Shown: positions 52,746 to 64,000 of the stretch, piece after piece | Numbering within the stretch: position 1 is the first letter of the stretch | Layout: each line of letters opens with the position of its first letter | DNA from: Octopus sinensis | Lineage: Eukaryota | DNA: 64,000 nucleotides | NCBI RefSeq assembly: GCF_006345805.1 | Contig: NC_042997.1 | Span: 108,438,001-108,502,000, forward strand | Reading direction: 5' to 3' | The notes under the pieces: model-generated | The model's input: the letters and a program-made list of their open reading frames with translations, nothing else | Told to the model about the DNA's origin: nothing | Database searches by the model: none | Position numbers and translations under genes: made by a program

Positions 52746-54394
52746 ATGCACATTGGTTATCTTTTACTTGTTTTTTATCTTTTACTTGTTTCTGTTATTA
52801 GACTGTGGCCATACTGGAGCACTGAAGAATTTTTAGTTGAATGAATCAATCCCAGTCCAGAATGATTTCTAAAGCCTGATCCTTATTCGATTTGCCTCTT
52901 TTGCCAAACTGCTGTCAAAGGGATGTAAACACACCAACAATGGTTGTCAAGCAGCAATGCGGGACAAACACACAGGCACAAAGACACACACACACACAAA
53001 ACACACAGAAATACATATGACAGGCTTCCTTCGGTTTCTTATTTCTTTATTGCCCACAAGGAGAGACAAAAGGATTAAGTTGATTATATCAACCCCAGTG
53101 CATAGCTGGTACTTAATTTATCGACCCCGAAAGGATGAAAGGTAAAGTCGACCTCGGTGGAATTTTAACTCAGAATGTAAAAACAGACGAAACACCAATA
53201 AGCATTTCGCCCGGCGTGCTAACTTTTCAGTTTCTGTCAACCAAATCCACTCACAAGGATTTGGTTGGAATGAGGTGATAGCAGAAGACACTTGCCCAAG
53301 GTGCCATGCAGTGAAATTGAACCTAGAACTGTGTGGTTGGGAAGCAAATGTCTTAGCACGCAGCCACACCTATACTTATATGCATATGTTTTGTAAATAG
53401 AATTATAAGCCTTCACTGTACATTGGCAATAGAAAGTAGTCTAATATTAGGGCATATAAGACCCTGACAGGAAAAAAATGGGCATAAGTATGTGTGGGAA
53501 TCAAACTTACACCTCTTATTTTTGCAAAAATAAGAGCGTATCATCATCATCATTTAACGTCTGCTTTCCATGCTGGCATGGGTTGGACGGTTTGACTGAG
53601 GACTGGCAAGCCAGAAGGCTGTACCAGGCTCCAATCTGATCTGGCACAGCAGAAATTCCAAAGTGGTTTAAGTGCTAGGAGTTCCATTCTTGTCGTAATA
53701 CACTTGGCTCTTGAATGACATTGTATTTTCTGCTGATTAAAGATAATAACAATTACATCATCATCATCGTTGCCATTGCCATTTAGTGTCTGCTTTCCAT
53801 GCTGGCATGGGTTGGATGGTTTGACAGAAGCTGGCAAGCAGGACAGCTGTAGCAAACTCCGGTCTTCTGTTCTGGTATGATTTCTACAGCTGGATGCCCT
53901 TCTCAATGCAAACCACTTTACAGAGTGTACTCAATGGTTTTTATATGGCACCAGCACAGGTGCCCTTCACGTGTTGTCTCTCTAATAATTATCCTGGAAA
54001 ATTCTGATAATGTGCATCATTTCTGAGCATAGCATGAAATATGTGTGTGTATGTGCAGATATATATATATATATATATATTGGTGTGGTTGGCGTTAGGA
54101 AAGGCATCCAGCTGTAGAAACTCTGCCAGATCAAGATTGAAGCCTGGTGCAGCCATCTGGTTCGCCAGCCCTTAGTCAAATCGTCTAACCCATGCTAGCA
54201 TGGAAAGCGGACGTTAAACGATGATGATGATGATCATCATCATCGTTTATATATGTTCAGTAAGATATCTTTCAGTTTCCATCTACTAAATCCACATCCA
54301 AAATTTGGTCAGCCTAAGGCTACAGTGGAAGGCACTTGCCTAAGGTGCTGTAGAGAAGGATTGAATCTGAAATCATGTTTGTGTGTGTGTGTGT

Positions 54395-54443
<49 letters not shown>

Positions 54444-55363
54444 ATCTATCTATCTATGTGCATGTATGTGTACATACATCCTTGTGTTATCACCTAACAA
54501 GAACAATAGTTTCCCAGCAAGTGCAATTCACAAGCATCATCAATGTGCACCACATACACAGTGTCTTGTGAACATCACCTGCCCAGCAGAACGAGTTCAG
54601 GTAGAGGTAACTTTAGTCAACTGCAGTGACACATTCAATCTCTTCTACAGATATCACACTAAACACACACCTGTACACTCGATATCACAGGTGTTGAGCT
54701 GGCAGAAACGTTAGCGCGCCGGACGAAATACTTAGCGGTATTTCGTCTGTCGTTACGTTCTGAGTTCAATTTCCGCCGGGGTCGACTTTGCCTTTCATCC
54801 TCTCGGGGTCGATAAATAAAGTACCAGTTACGCACTGGGGTCGATGTAATCGACTTAATACCTATGTCTGTCCTTGTTTGTCCCCTCTGTGGGTAATAAA
54901 GAAATAGGTGTTGATCCACCCAAGCATGTCCAAGTTTGAGAAACAGATCCCTGATGTGGACTGCATTGTGTGGTCAACATCTATTCCGGATCCCTACCCG
55001 AAGTGCCAGTGTGATGATACGGAGATATATATAACAGATGTTGTTGATAAGGGTATTATATTGTGTGTGTGTGTGTGTGTGTGTGTGAGTGTGTGTGTGT
55101 GAGGTTACTTGTAGTATAGACTGAACCAAAAATGAATTAAAAATATTATGTTTGAATTTAATAATAAAATATCAAATGAAATAAAAATTAAAAAGGCAAT
55201 CAAAATGAAAATATTGATGACAAATAAATAATTAGAAACAGTATATAGTGAAAAGAAATATTGTGCAAAATATTTTAGGTGCAAGTTAAAGATAGGGGTT
55301 TTAGGTAGCAGCATTTTGGAAAATACCATAATTCTTTGATTTGGAAGTACAAGTTGCGGGGAA

Positions 55364-55425
<62 letters not shown>

Positions 55426-56319
55426 CTGATTTTTTTCTTCGAAAAGTGAAAAATCCATTAAACGTTATTGACAACGTTAATCATTTGAAAATACACTTGT
55501 TGGTAATTACTGGTATTTAAATATAATAAAACCATATTGGTTTACTTCCCCGTTAGCTCCAACAACAACACACACACATTTGTGTGTGTATATGTGAGTG
55601 TATATACATATATACGCACACTTGGTTCTTTACATATGTATTTTCCCATGCTTTAGATCCATCTCCACATTTCTTAGGATCAATAAATAGACGATATGGT
55701 ACAATCAGCGCGTGTGTGTGTGTGTACATAATACACACACACACATTATATTCGCTGCCTTGAACCTCATTTATTGAACTTATCTGTTTACCACCTGTTT
55801 GCCGTATAATACATGTGTGTGTGTGTGTGTGTATGGTTGAATGTATGTATGTATGTATGTTTATGTGTGAGGCCAAACAACCGTCCCCACCAAACACACC
55901 CCAGCTGTGTAATCCGCTTCCCCAATCAATATCATTTATTAATTCTATGCATGTGTAGCAAAGCAAAATGACAATCACCCAACTGTCGTATATATACATA
56001 CCATACAGACGTGTGGCGTATGTGTGTGTGTGTGTACGCATACATGCATTAGCGTGTAGTGTATATTGTGTGTGTGTGTGTGTGTGTAGATTCGTTTCGA
56101 AGTAGCAGGTTGACAATGCCTGTAATGTTTTTAGTGATGCATCAAGTGTGTGTGTGCGCTCGGGCACGTGTGTGGATGTACGCGTATCTGTGCGTCGAAT
56201 ATAATTTCCAAATATATTAGACATATAGATATGTACATGCGTGTGTGTATGTATATATATATATAACTAATTATATATAATTTATATATATGTGTGTGTG
56301 TGTTTAAATTGGTAGATAG

Positions 56320-56770
56320 GAAGAAAATGAAGCGAGTGAGAAAGAGAAACGGTAACAAAAGGAGAGATGGGGATGAAGAAATAGATAATTAGAGAGAAGG
56401 AAAGCGATTGAGAGAGATAAAGAGAGAAGGACATAAAGCAAGCAATAGAGAGAGTGATAAATGGAATGAAAGAGGAAGAGAGAGAGAGAGAGAGCGAAAG
56501 AGAGACGAGAGGCTAAGGAGAACGAAATAAAGCAGGACAGAGAGAGAAGAAGTGATAGATAGCAAGCAATAGAGAGGTAGAGGGCGATAGAGTGAGAAGA
56601 GAGCGAGGAAGAGTGAGAGAGAGAATAAGAGTGTGTGTGACGTGAGCAGGTCACATGACAAGAAGCATCACCATCATCATCAACATCATCAACAGCAGAA
56701 GCATCAGCAGTAGCAGCGGCAGCAGCAACTGTGTTAGTTGTAAGTTGCTTGAGCTTGCAGCAGCAGAAAA
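56320..56770 (+). promoter_or_regulatory. Probable ERK proximal promoter / 5' UTR
   Basis: About 300 bp GA-rich tract, CRE-like TGACGTGA (56638-56645), palindromic E-box GTCACATGAC (56650-56659), then a CAT/CAG-rich leader up to the ATG. TSS cannot be fixed from sequence. Confidence 0.5.
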
Positions 56771-56889
56771 ATGGCAGCCGGGGGAAATTGGAAGCCTGCT
56801 GCCGAGATAGTTCGTGGCCAAGTGTTTGAAGTGGGGCCCCGATATAGCTGCCTCTCTTATATTGGCGAGGGAGCCTATGGAATGGTCGT
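56771..56889 (+). CDS. MAPK1: First coding exon of an ERK (MAPK1/MAPK3-like) MAP kinase; exon 2 not seen in the window
   Basis: ATG at 56771 (context AAAAATGG) gives [39 protein letters not shown] plus 2 nt. This matches the ERK N-terminus ([29 protein letters not shown]) including the GxGxxG loop. A GTAAGT donor follows at 56890 in phase 2. Too short for the ORF track. Confidence 0.95.
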
Positions 56890-57196
56890 GTAAGTGGAAA
56901 TTGCATTTTTTTATTGTCTCCTTCATCACATCAACTCCACAGCCTTCTCTCTCTGTTTGCAATCAATTTGGAACACGCACTGACTCAATTATATACATTA
57001 TTATACACACACACACGCATTTATATATATAAATATATACACACATATGATATACAATCTTACACACGCATGTATAAATATACACAGAATACACAGTCTT
57101 ATACACACATACATGTAAATATATATAAATATACGTACATAAATATCTGTGTGTATGTCATGTAAATATAATATATATACATAATATATAGATATG

Positions 57197-57233
<37 letters not shown>

Positions 57234-57334
57234 ATACACACTGTTATACATACAGATATACATATAATAGTCTTATACACACACGCACACACCCTTGGGA
57301 ATATATCTACACAACACAAACACACACGCACATA

Positions 57335-57372
<38 letters not shown>

Positions 57373-57516
57373 CAAAATAAGCAACAAGGATATCCAAGGT
57401 AGAGTAGTACATTGATTTATATGGATAATACCATACAAAATTCTAGTGCCTTTAACTTAAGTACCATATTCATCTGAATCTAAATTTTGCTGAACTTATA
57501 TATCTATATCTATCTA

Positions 57517-57560
<44 letters not shown>

Positions 57561-58048
57561 AGTATTGGTTGTTTGTGGTGTGACATGTAGATACATATAT
57601 ATGTAGTATATGTATGCATATAAATATAATAATGTATATAAAAAGGGCAATGGTGTTAGTGTACTGTGAAATGCAGTTGTGCTAAAAAAGTGCTCAATGC
57701 TGTTAGAGCGGAATATAACATTATTCACATTTCAGCTTGCGTGAGTCGTTACTCAGATTTTTTCCACGATCAACCACACACACACACATTTATGTACACT
57801 CCACATACTCATGTATACAAATATACTTCATATACATACATACATACATATTAGAGAGAAACCACTATGTGGACACCCTTATGCTAGAAATAGCGGATCT
57901 ATTTCTAGCCTAAGGGTGTCCACATAGTGGTTTCCCTCTAATATGTGTATAATACAATTTTACTGAACCTTCAGTTTTTTTTATATGCTCGACCACTGGT
58001 GTGAAATCGATGTTAATTAAATTAATATCTAATTTCTCACCCTCATTT

Positions 58049-58096
<48 letters not shown>

Positions 58097-58542
58097 GTAT
58101 GTATATGTGGTGGTGTTGTTGTTCTAATGTGGCTAGTCTCCTTTATCTCTTGGTGCTAATTAAAGGCAACGGTTGATCACACCTTCAGTAGTTTCCTTCT
58201 TCGCCAGCCAAATCAACTCTCTCTACTGTTGACACTTCTGTTTCGAATATTGGTCTGGATTAAACATTAAACACCATCTTCTTCTTCAGCAAAACCATAC
58301 CGCTTGCCACCAACCACTCTCAAATTATCAGATGCTGTTGCAAATACACACACACACATACATATATACATACACATACGCGCGCACATATAATATAAAT
58401 GTATGTGTGTGTTTGTAATGTCTCGATAATATCAAACTGGTGCGATCGCAATTAACGCAAAAGAAAGTACTCAATACGGGAATTTTTAGAGTGAAAGAAT
58501 AGATTCATAGTTGAGTGTGATTGCGGAATGTAAACTCTGTGT

Positions 58543-58617
<75 letters not shown>

Positions 58618-59822
58618 TATGTGTGTGTGTATATAGAGACTAAGATAGTATATATGTATATAGTCTTCCGTCCATTTCTAATTTATCTTCGTATAAACCC
58701 GTTTTGATAATTCTGAAATTTTACACTGCATTCCTTTTTGGTTCGTACTATCTATCTATCTGCCTGTCTATTTGTCTATCTATCCATCTATCTGTATATA
58801 TATGTATGATGTGTGTATTTAAGACATTTTTTAGCCCTCTTGCGTTTTCCTTTTACAACTTGAATTCATGTATTCAGTCTCTCTCTCTCTCTCCTCATAT
58901 ATCTATGTGCGTGTTATATATTATTTACGTGTGTGTATGTATATTATATGTACTATATTCTAATTCTTTGTCACGACACTAAATCATCTCCACTGCGACG
59001 GCCACCACCGACAGCTACCATCGGTTTGGCGAGCCAACCACAGTCTCTACGTGGTCTATGGACCTGCTGGAAACATCAGTCGATCCCTCCCTCAAATCAC
59101 GCCTTATCAAGGACATATTAATAACGTCGTGTGTGTAGCGCTGAGAGGATGGTCATGTCTGGAATGTGTTTCATCATAGGCGTAGTCTGTCAGGGTTGAT
59201 CTGGGGCTAAAAGATGTCTATCACTTCGTATGCCTTAATATATTTTTGTTGTTATGACGTGTGTGGATGTTTCTCCACCAGTTTCAACAGTAAGGTTACA
59301 GTTGTTCAATCGTTTTATCCACTCATTGAATTAATTTATAAATGGCTGCGTATTCCGCATATATGGCTCCCCTTAACGTAATTCTCTGGCGGAATTGGTT
59401 GTGTCAAGCTTGTGTATTTAAGTTATAATCCATCTGACAGGCTTCCCTATAGTTTCCGTCTACCAAATTTCAGTAGCGAGGTCTATTTGATTCAGGGCTA
59501 CAGAAAGTGGCATCTGACCTGGTTGCCATATAGAGGCTCTCAGACCAGGATCTTGTGATTACAAATTGAGCTTCTTAATCATTTTGGCCATACTGTGCCA
59601 TCTGTTTAGTGTTGAGTGTCAGAAAAGCAGTACTCAATACCAAAGTAGAGGCTGATAATGTTTTATCTTGAACAAGTCAGTCTCGTATTGCACCTGTATT
59701 GGATCTTCAGGTAAGTTATGACTGTCAATAAATTACCTGAAGATCTTCTGCACACCCCCACAGGCAAAACACAGAAAGGCAAGAGACTGACTCAACTAAA
59801 ATAATCTGTCTGTCTCTCTCAC

Positions 59823-59876
<54 letters not shown>

Positions 59877-60107
59877 TACATACATATTGCACAAAGGATC
59901 GTGGGTAAGGCGAGAACAATGTGAAGTAAATGCAAGGCAAATGCCAAGAAAACAAATATGAATTAATGTAGACTTACCTTGCATTAATTCATATTTGTTT
60001 TCTTTTGCCTTACATTCACTTTGCATTGTTCTGGCCTTACCACAATCCTTTATACAACGCATTCTACACAATGCTTCACAGTAACTATTCCATTATAATA
60101 ATGTATA

Positions 60108-60119
<12 letters not shown>

Positions 60120-60156
<37 letters not shown>

Positions 60157-60510
60157 CTGAAGTTGTCTGCGTATGGCAGGTTTGGTAGCCTTCAACTAAC
60201 ACTATCTCCTCCGAGACCCTGCTGCGCGAGTTGACCAAAATTGAGAGTATGATAGAAGAAGGCTTGCTCTCCCTTCAGTAGAAGAAAAAATTCAAATCGG
60301 ACCATGTTAACACTAAAAATTATTTATATCAAAAAGGTGCTTTTTTTCTATGAAAATCCCTATTTTTTATGATTGACTGCTGTGTCGCCATTTTTTGGTG
60401 TATTTCAACCAGAAAAATGTTCACTTAAAGAGAATAACAAGCTACATAATGCAAAACTCCAATTCTAAAGGGTCGAAACAAACCCGAGCAATGCCGGGCG
60501 ATACTGCTAG
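60120..60510 (+). mobile_element. Non-autonomous Helitron-like element
   Basis: 5' TC(TA)n; 3' hairpin CCCGAGCAATGCCGGG (60483-60498), then CTAG (60507-60510) followed by T. Confidence 0.7.
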
Positions 60511-61882
60511 TATATTATAAAAGTGTAAACGAGAGATTGGGTTGAGCGAACCCGTTTTATTGCATAATTCCACAATTGTTTCATCTCCACTTTTCCTGCA
60601 GATACTTGCTGAAATGCTATTGTATGTTAAATATATTAAATATTTATTTATACTTTATGGATATTCATAGAGTTCTAGATATATCTTCAGTAATACGATT
60701 GGTTTTTGTTGTAAAACTGTAACTGGTTGCTGGTACTCACAGACAGGCCTCAAAAAGCTAACTACAAGGTTCATACCCAAATTGAATTCATATATATAAT
60801 AATAATAATAATAATAACAATAATAATAACTACACTCACGGAGTGGTTGGTGTTAGGAAGGGCATCCAGCCGTAGAAACACTGCCAGATCAGACTGGAGC
60901 CTGGTGCAGCCTCCTGGCTTCCCAGACCCCGGTCGAACCGTCCAACCCATGCTAGCATGGAAAGCAGACGTTAAACGATGATGATGATGATATATATATA
61001 GGGCACAGAAGGCAGCAAGCTGGCAGAATCGTTAGCATGCTGTATTTTGCGTGCTAACTTAGCGGTATTTTGTCTGTCGTTACGTTCTGAGTTCAAATTC
61101 CGCCGAGGTTGACTTTGTCTTTCATCCTTTCGGGGTCAATAAATAAATTACCAGTTTCGCACTGGAGTCGATGTAATCGACTTAATCCCTTTGTCTGTCC
61201 TTGTTTAGCCCCTTGTGGGCAGTAAAGAAATACATATATAGGGCACAGGTGTGACTCTGCGGTTAAGGAGTCTACTTTCCACCTGCATTGTTTTTTTGTT
61301 TAGTCTTACTGTTTGGCACCTTAACAAGTGCCTTCTGCTATAACCTCAGGTTGACCAAAGCCTTGTGAGTGGATCTTTGGTTGACAAACTGAAAGGCGTG
61401 TGTGTGTGTACTTGTATTTTGTTGTTTTATACTGCATAATAATTGTAAATTAGTGTCATACGACTTTGTGGTCTTGGGTTCGGGTTCGACTGAGCAGCAC
61501 CTTGGGCAAATGCTTTCTACTCTAGCCCCGGCTCAACCGAAACCTTATGAGTGGATTTGGTAGATAGAAACTGAGAAAGGCAAGTTTGTGTGTGTGTGTG
61601 TGTATAAGTCTGTGTTTACTTTTCTTTTCCCGTCATGTGATTGTAAATGAGCATTGCCATTATACGAACGTTGTTCTTTGTTTCCAGTCTTCCACGGGGA
61701 AATATTACCTTGCACAGAAACAGGTGAAGGTTGATGATTGGAAGGGCATCCAACCATAAAAAATCTGCCTTAGTGTGTTCCATGTGATTCATGCAAGCAT
61801 GGATAAATAGATGCTAAATGATGATGATATATATATAAAATTTAAAAATAGGATAAATTCTTCATAAGAATTTATCAAGTAG

Positions 61883-61913
<31 letters not shown>

Positions 61914-64000
61914 TCATTGTTTTTATTTTACTTTTATTCCTCCCACTGGCAACTCTCTCTCTCTCTCTCTCTCTCTCTTTCCTAGCTCTGTATCTTCCCC
62001 CCCCCCCCGCTGCTTCTAAATGCGTCCTTCTCATTCCTCTGACTTCCTCGATTTTTCCTTGGCCTATGTATCAGACACTGCATCACTTTACTCTCATCCC
62101 ATTTACTTGACTTATGTACAAGAGGCTGCACTGGATCATCCTCTGGCCTCTATTATTCCTTCTCACCAAAGTATCTTCTTGCCCTCTTTGTCCTTCTCTG
62201 CTACCAACCACCATCACTTTCTTCTCATCTCGGGGGGGGGGGTTGGGTTGGGGGGCATTCCTTTTAACAGCCGTCACCTACACTTATCCTGTCACTCACT
62301 CTTATCTTTATCCATTCCTGTTGTTGTCAGTCACTCCCTACTTGACTCCCCTCCAAGTAACCCTTGTCTCTTACATCATACTGCTGCTCCTCTCTTCCAC
62401 CTTGCCATCTTGGTCTTCTAATCCCCTTCATGGCCACCTGAACCAATATATACACCCTATATTACTGACCACTCTCAGCCCCTTCCCTCATCTCTGCTCC
62501 TATTTCTCTTCACTCTTCTCTACAATGGAAAGCCAATAAACCTTTTCGTTGACTGGTGATTGTAATAATCTGTTTAGTGTTGGTACCAACAAAAATGCGA
62601 ATAGTAATGTGTAGGGTTTTCAGCTCCCTATATTCCACTTCTCTAGGGCTGTTGCCATGGGACAGTGTATCCAATACAATCTGTAACAGAAAGGACATCC
62701 AAGCCAGGTGACATGGAGAAGCAAACCTACTTTATTGCATATACATACCATTATCAGTAGGCCTGTCTCGGTTTTTGACTACCAAATCCACCCATAAGGT
62801 TTTGGTTGGCCCAGAGCTATAGTAGAGGTGCTGTTCAGTGGGACGGAACCTGAGACCACTTGGTTGTATGACAGCTGCTTCTGGTAAGAAATTACTTGGA
62901 CTGGGATGACCAGGAACCCCTGCAGATGTTGTGGAAAGCTACTGTAAAAATGTTGATTATGATGATGATGATATATCTGTACATCTATGCACACTGAAAT
63001 ACATGTGCATATGTAAATACACACACACACGTCATCATTTTTATGCTGGTAAGAGTTGTGTGGCTCCTCACAGTCTGAGTCAGTTCTTACTGAGGGCCAT
63101 TGTGTGTGTGTGTGTGTGTTACCAACGTCGCTTTACTGGCACCTGTGCCAGTGGCATGTGTAAAAAGATTCAAGTAAGGTCATTGCCAGTACCGCTTGAC
63201 TGGCCCCCGTGCTGGTGGCACGTAAAAAGCACCCACTACACTTTCGGATTGGTTGGTGTTAGGAAGGGCATCCAGCTGTAGAAACTCTGCCAGTTCAAGA
63301 TTGGGGCCTGGTGCAGCCATCTGGTTTGCCAGCCCTCAGTCAAAATTGTCCAACCCATGCTAGGATAGAAAGCGGTCGTTAAACGATGATGATATAAGTT
63401 ATGAGCAGAGTTAGGGTCACTTCTGCTGTCAACAAGTCACTTGCTTTGCACCTTTAAAGACCCATGAAATTAGAAATCTGTCTGCTTGAAAAACTGGTTA
63501 GGGTAAATGGAAGCACATCTTGCTATAGAACGTCACTTCAATAATATATTTGTCTAACCCATGCCAGCATAGATAAATGGATGTACAAAAAATATGAATA
63601 GCTATCTATGTCTACTGATGTATGTATGTATGTATGTACACACACACTTGTTTTTTTTTTCCTTGTGTATCTTCCCCTCACTTGTCCCTTAACTGGGACC
63701 TCTTGTCCCCTAGTTGGACCCCTTTTCTCTGCTCAAAGGTACCTGACTGATGCTTTAGTGGTTGATGGAAATGCTAATTCATTGAGTGGAATATTTGGGC
63801 ATCTGCCCACTTTGTCACCACAAATGTTCATACAAACCTTCCTTTTAGATATTAAACCAATCTCCCAGCTACGCATTCACTCTTCGTATCAAGTCCAGAA
63901 CTTTAGAGTTACCACTATCAGTGTAGGCACAATGAAAAATAGGTCCAGAGGGATTATAGAAATGCTAAAGTGGAGGTGTGTAGATGTGTGTTGTGAACAA

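Overview
Repeat-dense, AT-rich animal genomic DNA; the repeat make-up (tRNA-derived SINEs, RTE LINE tails, heavy (TA)n/(CA)n/(GATA)n microsatellite load) suggests a cephalopod such as Octopus, by inference only. Almost all ORF-track entries are microsatellite or transposon noise. The one host coding feature I can support is missing from the track: the first coding exon of an ERK/MAPK1 orthologue (56771-56889, +), with its probable promoter upstream and intron 1 running off the window. The rest is decayed mobile DNA: RTE and CR1/Jockey-like LINE pieces, Tc1/mariner, Tigger, hAT, piggyBac-type MITEs, a Helitron, and two Penelope-like (GIY-YIG) remnants. Most notable is a dispersed set of about ten type I hammerhead-ribozyme motifs in many sequence-distinct small elements. 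These mostly sit beside (TA)n tracts and are often folded back into long palindromes whose turning point lies in or next to the ribozyme. There is also a U6 snRNA pseudogene fused directly to a SINE head. All alignments and folds were done by eye, so repeat boundaries are approximate.
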